The position numbers were made by a program, and so were the translations under genes. This document shows positions 32,772 to 43,774 of a stretch of DNA of 64,000 bases, piece after piece. Each line of letters opens with the position of its first letter. Position 1 is the stretch's first letter. Origin of the DNA: Paludibacteraceae bacterium (GTDB lineage: Bacteria; Bacteroidota; Bacteroidia; Bacteroidales; Paludibacteraceae); assembly GCA_017478225.1 (NCBI GenBank), contig JAFVDX010000011.1, forward strand, positions 90,953-154,952, read 5' to 3'. The notes beneath the pieces were generated by a model. It did not search any database. It had not been told where the DNA came from and worked only from the letters and a program-made list of their open reading frames with translations.

Positions 32772-35700
32772 ATGAATACTGATTTCACCCAATTTCCAAA
32801 TAATATAAACCTTCGTCAAAGGTTAGTTCTCTCTAAATGCTTGAAAAAAGCATTACAAGTCGTTGTCTATAGTTTTCTTACCATTGCCTGTTTGTTTATT
32901 CCACAACAGATATCGGCTGTAACTATCTATCTTAACACTTTTTATCATACCGGTTGGGAGGATGCTGGTGCAAAATTCCGAGTTCAAGTAACCTCAACAG
33001 GCAATAGTTATCTTTTTTCAAATGTAAGTTCGCATTTGTATAGTGCTGAGGTAACCGAAGCCATTGAAGGTAAAGAACTGAAGTTTATCCGCCGTAATAG
33101 TAGTGATGATGACGATTGGAATAGTTTTACGATTTCCTCGTGGTCGGGAATAACGGCTTTTGTTACCAATTGGAATGAAGGAAATGCTAATACAAAGACG
33201 ATAAGAATTAAAATTACAGGAAATAATGAATATCTATATATTTGGGGAGATAAAGAAATTTTCGGCAGTTGGCCAGGTATACACATAACAGATATTCCGG
33301 CAGATGCCAATGGTTGGATTGCAATATCTATTCCAAATTCTGGAACTTTCCACCCGATATTTAATAACAACAATGGATCACAATTTGATTATACCGACAA
33401 TTTTGGATCAGACTCTTTTCACACAATAGGGAATGACGCAGTTTCATGCAGTTCTATAGCGTCGTTGACTCCCACTATCTCTTTCACAGACAAAACCACG
33501 AGTACTACTGTCGGTACGCAAATAACACTCAGTGTTACAACCACCAATGCTATTGGTTCGACGGTTACTTTTACTGCCGATGGTGCAAATATCGGCACTG
33601 CTATTGTGGCTGCTAATGGTACCGCCTCTATTAACTACACCCCCTCAACAACAGGTGCAAAAACAATCGCTGCAAGCGTTACCTCATATTCTGAAACAGC
33701 CTCAACCAACTATACTCTCACCGTCAATGCAGCGGCGGTACCAACACACAATGTTACTGTATTTTACAAATGCGGCAGTACAGACATAAAGGTTTCTACG
33801 ACAGTTTCAGATGTTCAAGAGTCAAGTGGTAGTGCAACAACAGTCACAGCACCAGCTATCAACGGCTATACCTTCAGCAATTGGAATGTAGGCACAGGCG
33901 TTAATGGTTCGTCCTCAACAAATAGTATCGACATAACTACCAAATCAAGCGGTAATTACACCCTCACAGCTAATTATACGCAAGATAACTATACCATCAC
34001 ACTCACGGCTGGTGCGGGAGGTTCAATCTCTTCTGCTACTTCTTTCACCAACAAACATTATGGCGATAATATAACCATCACAGCCACAGCCAATACCGCT
34101 GCATATTACCATTTTGTTAATTGGTCAGTCGAAAGCGGCACAGCATCAATAACAAACATCTCATCTGCATCCACAACTCTTACCGTACAAGGCAATGCAA
34201 CCATACAAGCCAATTTCGCATTAGACGAAGGCTATTATCTTATGCAAAATAATCATACAAGTGGCAACAAAGGCTCTATAGTAGCAAAGATGTCAGGCGA
34301 GGGGACAACAAAATCTGCTGATTGGGAATGTACAACAACCGGCACATATTATTTCTATGTTACTTCTAATCCTGCGGCAGATGCAAATACGAACTGCGAC
34401 TACCTGAATGCAAATCAGACCTTCACCGATGGTAACAGGATTCAGACTTATCAATACGGAACATCGAACTTCGAACACTCTTTCACTCTAATTGCCGACC
34501 GCACAGGTACATATACTTTTACATTTGATACCAATGCAAGTGAGAAATGGTTCACTTGTACTTGGCCTGTTGATCTCACTCCGTCCGTTAGTTTCTCACC
34601 TGCTTCAGGTAGTGTAATAAAAAATAGTGCTATTGACCTCACTGTAACTACCGCCAATATACCTAATGGCACCACTATCACATACAAACGCGGGGAATAC
34701 ACTATCGGTACGGCATCGGTGAGTAGCAACTCTGCCACTTATCGTTTCACCCCTTCAACAGAAGGTGTATATACGATAACCGCCTCTTGCACTATTGATG
34801 ACACTGAATACTCCGACAACTTCACCCTCACCGTTACCGGCGCACCTGTATATGGAGTGAAGACCAACTTCATTGACGGAGGGCATTGTGTCAAACGCAT
34901 GAATTACGATGAGTCGACAGGCACATACACATATAGTGGCGCAAAAGCAGGAAGCGATACCTATGTACAACTATACCGCTGCGACTCAGGCGATTGCACC
35001 GACTGCAACTCAGGTTGGACATATATATATGAATGGAGTTCATTGCTTTCAGGCACGACAAACGGCGATATGATTAACTTCACCTACGACCCATCAAAGG
35101 CGCAAGTGTCCGCTATGACATTCACCGCTCAACAGACACCCGTTACTATTCGCTTTGACAATGCCAAAGGTTGGGGCGATGTATATCTGTATGTATGGAA
35201 AGCCAATGGTTCTGACCAAAATGTTCTTGGCAATTGGCCAGGAGTAAAACTCACAATGGACGAAGATGGCTACTACGGATATACTTTCGATGGAGATAAT
35301 CTCGGCTTACATACAATCAATAACGCTATCTTCAATAATGGTTCAACAGAAGAAGCCGAAACGCGTCAGACAAACGATGTGAGCGGTACACGCGGCATAC
35401 AATGTTATACTATCAATTCGGGTGACAGAAACGGATATGCGATTGAAAACAAAGGGAAAATGGGCTATACCGCTTCTCGCAACGACTGCTCGCCCGCAGA
35501 GCCGGAACTTACTGCGACCTACACCGTCAATGACGCTGCCACTATTGCCACTATCACACTTACCACCACTCCTCCTCCAGCGGCATCCACTGGGGCTTCG
35601 TTCGCCTACTCCGTCAGAAAGACAGGCGAGACTTCTTGGACAAACATAGAAGGTAGCACCGCCACAACCACTTGGACGACCGAAGAAGACGATTGGTTTG

Positions 35701-38531
35701 AGTTCAAAGTAGTTATCTCGAAAGACGGAAAAACATGGACACAGACAACCATGCTGAACATCAGGCGCAAGATAATCGTGCGAGTAAAAGCATTTGACAG
35801 TTTTGAGGAGTACGGTATGCAACTCAAGTACTGGACCAACTCCGACACCGACGCATCAGACTATGTAGAAGGCTCGGCTGCCGGGCTGACACAGGTAGGC
35901 ACAAGCAAATGGTATGAAATAACCATCAAAGGCAGAAACTTGATTTACTTCATCGTCAAAGGCAACGGTTGCACCACAAGTTGGGAAGGGGATTGTAACG
36001 GCTGGAAACGCTCTGTGGTAGTGGGACCGGTAGAAGACGATATTTGCATAGAAATAACCGAAGACTATGAAGAGGGCACTAACTATAAGAAATACTTCGT
36101 TAATAGCGAGTGCGGACTGTTCTACAGATATGAATCTGTAAGCACTGAAGGAACATACTATTCCAATTATTTCGAAACGGTCAACACACCCGTGTCGATG
36201 TATGTAGGTAGTAATAACGCCACTCGTGCCATCAGTTTCCAGAACTATAATGTGAACACCTCTCAATGGGAATCGCATGCAGTAACATCTTCGTTCAGCG
36301 GCAAAACTCGCGGTATTTATCAGGCTGTTTGTACGAGCCTGACGACAGGTACTTTGAGCGATGTTGCAGCATACACCGGTAATTACTATATCCGCACTGA
36401 TATAGCGGGTGGCGGTTGGACCAATTACCGTCAGTTGGCAAATCAGTTCTTCTATTTTGCACCCAACAGCAACTTCCCCACCGAGCCTTACAACCATTAT
36501 TGGTGCGGTATCGCTAATCAGTGGGACAATGTGAAAGCCGAGGTAGGCAACACCATCAACCCCTGCCTTGCACAGACATTAGGCGACTACAACATAACGC
36601 AGGCGGCAAGTATGCGATTTGAGTATAATCCTGAGACCAACTATTTCAATCGCCATTTTATCAAACTCACCACCGGTGGCAACGACTATTTGAATATCTA
36701 CGGCGCAACGGCATCAGACCCCGTGTATAAGCCCGACACTGACACACAACTGCAAAGCAATACAGATGCGGTCAATATGCGTATGGCAGATATGGGCAAC
36801 TGGGTGTATAAATTGGATGTTGAGGTAAGGAAAGCCACCGCTTCAGATGTCAAGGTAATCCTGCGTGCCATGTACCCTATTGATGCTAATGGTGTAGGTC
36901 AGGATCATGATGTAGCCAACTACTTGCTTGGCGCAGACGGCAGTGGCAATCCTACACCCAAGACCATACTCGGTTCATCTACCACCAACGGCAACTACAC
37001 GCTTAAATTGATATATGATTATAAGACCAATCGTTTGATGACGCTTTATTCTGCACCTACAACTACAATCAATGACGACCTTACCATCAATGCAGACATG
37101 ATGATGTTAAGGCGCGACGACGAGGCTGCGAAAACTATATTGTTAGGTAGCGGACATGAGGTAAATGGTATAAAAGAGATATATAGTGTGCTGCAAATCA
37201 CCAAGACCGCGTATGTACGCGACCGACTCGGCGCACGCAACTACTACTATTGGATTTCTTTGCCATACGACTGCTATTTGACCGATATCTTCGGTATGGA
37301 AGACTATGGCGACAAATGGACAGTACAAAGATATCGCGGCGACAAACGCGCACAATTGGCATATCAGAAAGATTGGATGACTTTCTGGGCTGAGATGAAC
37401 CTCACACCAACTACAAAGATGGAGGCTAACCGTGGTTATGTGATTCGAGTCAGACTGAAAGAAAGCGACTTCTTAATTGGCGATGGAGGAGAATACAACA
37501 GGTTCTTGTATTTTCCGTCAAGGTCGGAAAACACCAATATCTCCATTGAGAGTCTTACTACTACCAAACAAACTCGTGTAGCGGCACATACTTGCACTAT
37601 CACTGACAGAGAGCAAATAGATAGCCATTGGAATATTGTGGGTATTCCCGGATTTCAACCTATGACTCTTGCCACAACAACGGCACCAGTTGATTTAGAA
37701 GATGCTCTGATGAATTACCCTAACTTCTATTATGAGTGGTCGTTTACTAATGGAGAAGGAGTATATGATGTCAAAGCCATAACCGGCTCGGAGCAGTTCT
37801 TACCCATGCAGTCTTATATGATGCAATTCTATGGCTATCTGACATGGAACCCGGTTAGCAATAACGCAGTTATTCGCTCGCTTACCTCCAAACGACTCAA
37901 TGAAAGCATACAAATAATAGACCTTCGTTTGAATGGAGATATGTACTTCGACCACACTTATATTCGTCTGCGCGAGGGGGCTACTTTAGGCTGGGATATA
38001 AACACCGACCTAAGCAAAGACCTAAATAGAAAAGTATCGATATACAGCACTTTCGAAGGGGTGCAGATGGCAGGAAACAGTGTTTCGCCACTGACAACGG
38101 AAATACCTATTGGAGTTAGCGTAAAACAAGACGGCAACTACACCTTCACGATTGCACAAGAACTGACTAATATGAGTGTTGTGCTCTACGACAACCTAAC
38201 CGACACGGAGATATTGCTCGACAATAACGAATATAGTGTTCTTTTAGTCAAAGGAACCTACGACAATCGTTTTGTTATCAGACTTAAAGAGAAACAAGAG
38301 CAAGACACACCCACTGCTACCGACACTGCTTCTGAGGATGACCCAATAGACATCACCATTGCTGAAGGCACAATGTATGTTCATAGCGACAAGCAGGAAA
38401 ATATCAGCATTTATACGGCAATAGGTCAACTTATATATTCAGGATACGCAAACAACATGCATATAAATGTTAATCCGGGAATATATTTTGTTCATACCAA
38501 TAACAACACTTATAAAGTCTATGTGAAATAA
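32772..38531 (+). CDS. Giant (1919 aa) non-catalytic cell-surface protein with starch-binding-like modules, InlB-B-repeat/Ig-like region and T9SS C-terminal sorting domain
   Basis: Two W..WPG..IFNNG modules (about 33200..33400 and 35140..35400). GYTFSNW / YHFVNWSV ... TLTVQGNATIQANF repeats. C-terminal ISIYTAIGQLIYSG...GIYFVHTNNNTYKVYVK. No GH13-type catalytic motifs seen. Confidence 0.8.
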   Translation: MNTDFTQFPNNINLRQRLVLSKCLKKALQVVVYSFLTIACLFIPQQISAVTIYLNTFYHTGWEDAGAKFRVQVTSTGNSYLFSNVSSHLYSAEVTEAIEGKELKFIRRNSSDDDDWNSFTISSWSGITAFVTNWNEGNANTKTIRIKITGNNEYLYIWGDKEIFGSWPGIHITDIPADANGWIAISIPNSGTFHPIFNNNNGSQFDYTDNFGSDSFHTIGNDAVSCSSIASLTPTISFTDKTTSTTVGTQITLSVTTTNAIGSTVTFTADGANIGTAIVAANGTASINYTPSTTGAKTIAASVTSYSETASTNYTLTVNAAAVPTHNVTVFYKCGSTDIKVSTTVSDVQESSGSATTVTAPAINGYTFSNWNVGTGVNGSSSTNSIDITTKSSGNYTLTANYTQDNYTITLTAGAGGSISSATSFTNKHYGDNITITATANTAAYYHFVNWSVESGTASITNISSASTTLTVQGNATIQANFALDEGYYLMQNNHTSGNKGSIVAKMSGEGTTKSADWECTTTGTYYFYVTSNPAADANTNCDYLNANQTFTDGNRIQTYQYGTSNFEHSFTLIADRTGTYTFTFDTNASEKWFTCTWPVDLTPSVSFSPASGSVIKNSAIDLTVTTANIPNGTTITYKRGEYTIGTASVSSNSATYRFTPSTEGVYTITASCTIDDTEYSDNFTLTVTGAPVYGVKTNFIDGGHCVKRMNYDESTGTYTYSGAKAGSDTYVQLYRCDSGDCTDCNSGWTYIYEWSSLLSGTTNGDMINFTYDPSKAQVSAMTFTAQQTPVTIRFDNAKGWGDVYLYVWKANGSDQNVLGNWPGVKLTMDEDGYYGYTFDGDNLGLHTINNAIFNNGSTEEAETRQTNDVSGTRGIQCYTINSGDRNGYAIENKGKMGYTASRNDCSPAEPELTATYTVNDAATIATITLTTTPPPAASTGASFAYSVRKTGETSWTNIEGSTATTTWTTEEDDWFEFKVVISKDGKTWTQTTMLNIRRKIIVRVKAFDSFEEYGMQLKYWTNSDTDASDYVEGSAAGLTQVGTSKWYEITIKGRNLIYFIVKGNGCTTSWEGDCNGWKRSVVVGPVEDDICIEITEDYEEGTNYKKYFVNSECGLFYRYESVSTEGTYYSNYFETVNTPVSMYVGSNNATRAISFQNYNVNTSQWESHAVTSSFSGKTRGIYQAVCTSLTTGTLSDVAAYTGNYYIRTDIAGGGWTNYRQLANQFFYFAPNSNFPTEPYNHYWCGIANQWDNVKAEVGNTINPCLAQTLGDYNITQAASMRFEYNPETNYFNRHFIKLTTGGNDYLNIYGATASDPVYKPDTDTQLQSNTDAVNMRMADMGNWVYKLDVEVRKATASDVKVILRAMYPIDANGVGQDHDVANYLLGADGSGNPTPKTILGSSTTNGNYTLKLIYDYKTNRLMTLYSAPTTTINDDLTINADMMMLRRDDEAAKTILLGSGHEVNGIKEIYSVLQITKTAYVRDRLGARNYYYWISLPYDCYLTDIFGMEDYGDKWTVQRYRGDKRAQLAYQKDWMTFWAEMNLTPTTKMEANRGYVIRVRLKESDFLIGDGGEYNRFLYFPSRSENTNISIESLTTTKQTRVAAHTCTITDREQIDSHWNIVGIPGFQPMTLATTTAPVDLEDALMNYPNFYYEWSFTNGEGVYDVKAITGSEQFLPMQSYMMQFYGYLTWNPVSNNAVIRSLTSKRLNESIQIIDLRLNGDMYFDHTYIRLREGATLGWDINTDLSKDLNRKVSIYSTFEGVQMAGNSVSPLTTEIPIGVSVKQDGNYTFTIAQELTNMSVVLYDNLTDTEILLDNNEYSVLLVKGTYDNRFVIRLKEKQEQDTPTATDTASEDDPIDITIAEGTMYVHSDKQENISIYTAIGQLIYSGYANNMHINVNPGIYFVHTNNNTYKVYVK
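38346..38528 (+). other. T9SS type-A C-terminal sorting domain of the giant protein
   Basis: The last ~60 aa fit the Por_Secre_tail pattern loosely: IY..G.L.......I.V..GIYFV.....YKV.VK. Confidence 0.55.
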
Positions 38532-38937
38532 CACAGGTTTTAGCATAAATACGGCTATAAAACGCTAACACAACGCTGAAACTCATAATATCCGATTTAG
38601 ATAAAACCCTACAATGAAACCACATAAAGCCTTCATTTTCATATCCTTGACAATTAGATATACTTTGATTTTATTTGATGCATGGTCATACATATTGTGC
38701 AATAAAAAAAATAAAAAGAACTTTGCATCGTAAAAGATTTTGCTTTTCATGAAGTTAATTTTGTTTTGAGCCCAATCGGTCATGAGTATTTATTTATACT
38801 CTGGTCTAATGACAGATTAGGTATTAAGATTACAAGAAAGGTTTGTGTTGTTTATGTTTACTAATTTGACTCTTGAAAGGTGTTTCTAAGAAGTCACATT
38901 ATTACCTTGTGATTCTACAAACAAAATTATACAAACA

Positions 38938-41889
38938 ATGAAACAAAGAGTACATTATTTTCGCACATTTCTTATTTTGTGTGCGTTGTTAGTACCTTCA
39001 TTTCTGTTTGCTCAAACCACCATTACTGGTACCGTAATAGACGAGAATGGTGAAGGAATAATAGGTGCGAGCATACAGATAAAAGGTACTACTAATGGTA
39101 CGATTACCGATTTTGAAGGTAATTTCAGTCTTTCTTGTGCAGAGGGTTCCACCCTTATCTTCTCTTACATGGGTTACAAGACCCAAGAATTGACTGCGAG
39201 TAAGCAGATGCGTGTTACCATGAAGGAGGACGCAGAGCAATTGGATGAAGTGGTGGTAATCGGCTATGGTTCTCTGTCGAAGAAAGAAGTCAGTTCGTCA
39301 GTAGTACAAGTCAACAAAGACGATTTCAACCAAGGCGCAGTTAGCGATGCTATGGGATTGGTTGCCGGTAAGATTGCCGGACTAAGTGTCAACTCAACAG
39401 CCGATGCCAACCCCAATGCCATGAACTCCATTCAGGTTCGTGGTGCAACAAGTATTACCGCCAGCAACGGTCCGTTGGTAGTTATAGATGGTATTGCAGG
39501 AGGTGACTTAAGAAATATCGCATCGCAAGATGTAGAAAGTATCACCGTGCTGAAAGATGCTGCTTCTGCTGCTATTTACGGAACACGCGGCGCAAATGGT
39601 GTGATATTGGTTACTACCAAAAAAGGTAGTGGACAAGAGGGAGTTGTCAATGTTACATACGATAGTTATGTTACTATGAACATGGCTAACAACAAGCCTC
39701 AAGTACTTTCTGCAGACGAATGGCGTCGCTCACGAAGAGGAAATGACTATGGATACAGCACCGACTGGTACGACCTTATCACTCGTAAAATAGGCTACAA
39801 CACCAACCAATATGTATCTATTGATGCCACAACTAAGAGTGGTGGATACTATGGTGGTAGTCTGAACTGGAAAAAAGGTAATGGTTTGGATAAGAAATCA
39901 GGTAGAGATGAGTATGGTGCACGCTTCCGTATGGAACAAAATGCACTCGACCGTCGCTTGCTCTTTTCCGCTTCACTCTCCGCTCGTAAAGTACACGAAG
40001 ATTGGGGTAACGATGGGTTGTTCGACCGCGCATTGTCCATGAACCCGACTATGCCCGTGCGTAACGAAGACGGGTCATACTATCAGCCAACCTCGCCAAC
40101 CAATGCGACCAACCCTGTTCTGGAGTTGATGGAAAATAACAGCAACGGAGACCGCATGTATGTATTAGGCAATGCAGACCTGAAGTGGAATATAGTTCGC
40201 AAAGACGGGCACAACCTCTCTACTTCTGTCAGTTACGCTCTACAATACGACGACTTGAAATCCAATTACTATACCCCTTCATACGCAGCCGAATCGTTCT
40301 GGGGTAATTTCAATGGTAGAGCCAATGTGAATTACCAAAAGAATATCACCCACAGAGTTGAGTGGTTGGGCAATTATCAGATGTCGCTCGGAGATCACGA
40401 TTTGAAGATTGTAGTCGGTTATTCGTGGGAGAAGCATACATGGGAGCAGATAGGTGCCGAAAACAAAGATTTTGCATACGACAATTTCCTTTGGCACAAT
40501 ATAAGTAGCGGTTCCTATTTAGCAGACGGCAAAGCCACTATGTGGACAGGCAAATCAGAATATACCCTCGTTGGTTTCTTTGGTAGAGCCAATTACAACT
40601 GGCGCAATATGCTTTTTGCATCAGCAAGTATCAGATACGAAGGTTCAACTAAGTTTGGTGCCGACCATAAATGGGGTGCCTTCCCATCAGTGAGTTTGGC
40701 ATGGGAGATGATGGCTGCCAAATTTATGGCACCTGCCAAACATGCCGTTAAGAGTTTGAAACCTCGTATATCATACGGCGTTACAGGTCGTTCTGACTTC
40801 GACCCGTATCAATCTACCGCTCAATATGTCAATTGGGGTTCATATCTGATAGACGGACAATGGGTAACTGGATTTGGTCCATCGGTGAATAGCAATCCTA
40901 ATTTAGGTTGGGAAAAGAGTACCTCACTCAATGTGGGTGTTGACTTTGAATTTTTGGAAGGCAGTGCACTCAGAGGTTCTGTTGAATTCTTCGACCGTCA
41001 ATCACAAGACCTACTCTACAGATATACTGCGCCGCAACCTCCGTTCATTCATTCGGATATCTTAGTCAATGTAGGTACTACCGACAATAAGGGTGTAGAA
41101 GTGTCATTAGAATATGATGTATTCAAGAAAACTCCTGTTACATGGACCACCGGAATCACCTATTCATACGGGACGACCAGAATGACCAAACTCTCAAGCG
41201 ATATATATCAAACCACATATATTGATTTGTACGATAAGCCGGGTGTAGGAGCCAGCGAACGATTCTTCCGCATACAGGAAGGCGGAAAGATAGGTCAGTT
41301 CTGGGGATATAAATATGCAGGACACGATGATTTAGGCAATATGCTTGTGTATGACAAAAACGGCAATAAAGTACCGGTTGATATCGCAGCACAAGATGCA
41401 AGCAATAAACAATATATCGGTAATGGTGCACCTGAGCATTTCTTGAACTGGAACAATACTCTTAAATGGAAATGGTTCGACTTGACGCTGCAATTCAGAG
41501 GCGTATTCGGATTTGATATCTTCAACATGCGTCGATACGGCATGGGGCTGCAAGGAAGCGGCTCGGAGAATGTACTGCGCTCCGCATACCTTACCGACAA
41601 AAGTGTTCGCACAGGTGGTGGCGTTATAAGCAGTTACTTCCTTGAAAAAGGTGATTTCTTCAAGTTGGATAATGTTACTATCGGATATACATATACTCCA
41701 AAAGAGAAGAAATTATTGGAAAGTCTTAGAGTATATATAAACGCAAAAAATTTGTTTACCGCCACCAAATACAGTGGAACAGATCCCTCTAATGTGAATA
41801 TAACAGGTATCACACCTGGTGTCGATGAAAGCAGTGCTTATCCGACTGCCACTCAATTGAGCCTTGGACTTACCGTTAAATTCCACTAA
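38938..41889 (+). CDS. SusC/RagA family TonB-dependent outer-membrane transporter
   Basis: N-terminal carboxypeptidase-regulatory-like domain (ITGTVIDENGEGIIGASIQIKGTTNGTITDFEGNFSL), plug and barrel. Ends LGLTVKFH. Confidence 0.9.
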   Translation: MKQRVHYFRTFLILCALLVPSFLFAQTTITGTVIDENGEGIIGASIQIKGTTNGTITDFEGNFSLSCAEGSTLIFSYMGYKTQELTASKQMRVTMKEDAEQLDEVVVIGYGSLSKKEVSSSVVQVNKDDFNQGAVSDAMGLVAGKIAGLSVNSTADANPNAMNSIQVRGATSITASNGPLVVIDGIAGGDLRNIASQDVESITVLKDAASAAIYGTRGANGVILVTTKKGSGQEGVVNVTYDSYVTMNMANNKPQVLSADEWRRSRRGNDYGYSTDWYDLITRKIGYNTNQYVSIDATTKSGGYYGGSLNWKKGNGLDKKSGRDEYGARFRMEQNALDRRLLFSASLSARKVHEDWGNDGLFDRALSMNPTMPVRNEDGSYYQPTSPTNATNPVLELMENNSNGDRMYVLGNADLKWNIVRKDGHNLSTSVSYALQYDDLKSNYYTPSYAAESFWGNFNGRANVNYQKNITHRVEWLGNYQMSLGDHDLKIVVGYSWEKHTWEQIGAENKDFAYDNFLWHNISSGSYLADGKATMWTGKSEYTLVGFFGRANYNWRNMLFASASIRYEGSTKFGADHKWGAFPSVSLAWEMMAAKFMAPAKHAVKSLKPRISYGVTGRSDFDPYQSTAQYVNWGSYLIDGQWVTGFGPSVNSNPNLGWEKSTSLNVGVDFEFLEGSALRGSVEFFDRQSQDLLYRYTAPQPPFIHSDILVNVGTTDNKGVEVSLEYDVFKKTPVTWTTGITYSYGTTRMTKLSSDIYQTTYIDLYDKPGVGASERFFRIQEGGKIGQFWGYKYAGHDDLGNMLVYDKNGNKVPVDIAAQDASNKQYIGNGAPEHFLNWNNTLKWKWFDLTLQFRGVFGFDIFNMRRYGMGLQGSGSENVLRSAYLTDKSVRTGGGVISSYFLEKGDFFKLDNVTIGYTYTPKEKKLLESLRVYINAKNLFTATKYSGTDPSNVNITGITPGVDESSAYPTATQLSLGLTVKFH

Positions 41890-41945
41890 TTACATGTGTA
41901 ATATAGAATAGTTAGAAAAGATTAACATTTATAAACTTGAACATT

Positions 41946-43733
41946 ATGAAATCTTTTAAGAAATATATTACGATAGCAATGATGTGTCTTTTGGTCACTT
42001 CATGTCTTGACCTGACAGAAAAAGTCTATGACAAACTTGACGCAGGTATCTACTATCAGAATGAGCAAAGTATTCAGGGTGCGGTCAGTGCTATGTACAA
42101 CGATGTGGCATACGGATTTCCTGAGTGGTTTTGGTATTTGCAAGAGTTCAGTGCCGACCAAATAGCATGGCGAATTTGGAATGGAGGCGAATGGGGCTAC
42201 GATGAGGGTGAGAAGTATGTACTCTCAACACACACATGGTCATCAGAGTCGGTTATCATAAAAAACGCATGGAACAACACATGGAAGATAATCGGACTTG
42301 CTAATCAACTGATTTCTGACATTGAAAAACTCGATGCCAACGAATTAGGAATGACCGATGAGAAATTGGCATCCTATGTAGCAGAAGCAAGGCTTATCAG
42401 AGCATGGTCATACTATAGTCTTTTTGAAATATGGGGCGGTTCACTGCCTCTCAATGATAAGGTTACCGCTGACGTCCCTGGTTCGGCTGATAAGGACTTC
42501 GACAAGAGTTGCCATATCATCTACGATTTTATTATGAAAGAATTGGATGAGACTATCAACTACCTGCCAAAAGAGAACGGCGACAACTCTACACGAACAA
42601 GAATGAATGCCGGCGTAAACAGAATCCTCAAAGCACGCCTGCTCCTCAACTCCGAGATATTTATCAAAGAAGATCACTTCGCTGAATGTGAGGCATTATG
42701 CAAAGAAATTATGGCAGGAGATTGGGGCGCATATTCCATAGCACCTGACTACAGGCAAGTGTTCGATATAAGCAACAACCAATGCTCCGAAGTTGTATTC
42801 GCATTGTCGTTTGAGGTAGGCCATTTGAACGCTACCAACAACCGTAACACACCTTTTTACCCATATAACTATGGTGAGTATTTCCAAGGTGAATACGATG
42901 GCAATCCCGGTTGGAACTGCACATGCTTGGCACCATCATGGGACAACTCCGGTGATATACAACCACAAGGCGGAACAACCAATCCCAAGTCGTTCCTTAC
43001 TGATTACGGAGACAAGTTAGGTGCTGTATATGAGCGTTTTGACGACCAAGATGTAAGAAAACAGAATTATGTGTATGATGCTACTACAGGCGAGCACAAG
43101 GGTATGTTCTTGAAGGGAGCGATGCGAGCCGATTTTGGCACGGGAGCAGCCCTCACGGCAGATGCCGACAGAGAAGGACAAGACTTGGTTTATGTTGACC
43201 AAGTGGGTACTTTCATGAATCTGGGGAGAAGTCTTGAGGATGTGATGTCACCTCGCTGGGGCGAGACCAACTCGGGCGTAAGACTTGTTAAATATCCTAT
43301 CTACCCGACCTCAACGGGAATCGACTATCGTGATATCGACGATGTACAATTCCGTTTAGCAGAGGTTGTGTATATGATAGCCGAGTGCGAGATGCGCAAG
43401 GGCAATTCAGGTGAGGCAAAGAATTATGTAGATATGGTGCGCAGTCGTTATGTACCTGCTGCTAAACTTGCTGAGCCCGGTCCTGGATTCACAGCATTTG
43501 ATATGGATTGGATGCTCTCAGAATGGGGCAAAGAATACCTCAACGAAGGCAATCGTCGTCGCACAGACTTGCGCCGATTTGATAAATTCACTCAAGGACA
43601 GTGGTGGTTCTTTGGGCGCACAGCCGACAATGTAGCCTTCCCTGCACAACGCGACAGGAAATACGAGTGGTTTCCACTGCCCGCAAGCGCACTGCTTGTA
43701 AACCCGGGATTAGTTCAAACACCCGGATATTAA
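41946..43733 (+). CDS. SusD/RagB family nutrient-binding lipoprotein
   Basis: Lipobox LVTSC, SusD-like TPR core and the typical C-terminus NPGLVQTPGY. Follows SusC. Confidence 0.9.
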   Translation: MKSFKKYITIAMMCLLVTSCLDLTEKVYDKLDAGIYYQNEQSIQGAVSAMYNDVAYGFPEWFWYLQEFSADQIAWRIWNGGEWGYDEGEKYVLSTHTWSSESVIIKNAWNNTWKIIGLANQLISDIEKLDANELGMTDEKLASYVAEARLIRAWSYYSLFEIWGGSLPLNDKVTADVPGSADKDFDKSCHIIYDFIMKELDETINYLPKENGDNSTRTRMNAGVNRILKARLLLNSEIFIKEDHFAECEALCKEIMAGDWGAYSIAPDYRQVFDISNNQCSEVVFALSFEVGHLNATNNRNTPFYPYNYGEYFQGEYDGNPGWNCTCLAPSWDNSGDIQPQGGTTNPKSFLTDYGDKLGAVYERFDDQDVRKQNYVYDATTGEHKGMFLKGAMRADFGTGAALTADADREGQDLVYVDQVGTFMNLGRSLEDVMSPRWGETNSGVRLVKYPIYPTSTGIDYRDIDDVQFRLAEVVYMIAECEMRKGNSGEAKNYVDMVRSRYVPAAKLAEPGPGFTAFDMDWMLSEWGKEYLNEGNRRRTDLRRFDKFTQGQWWFFGRTADNVAFPAQRDRKYEWFPLPASALLVNPGLVQTPGY

Positions 43734-43774
43734 AATTGAAAAAATATATGTTTAACTTCTAAATTATAGTCATC

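Noticed and set aside
35343-36497. Minus-strand ORFs of 159, 80 and 213 aa inside the giant gene (and many similar nested ORFs in the SusC, nqr and GH genes)
   Set aside because: They are antisense shadows of long, well-supported coding frames. Their composition is typical of reverse-frame translation.
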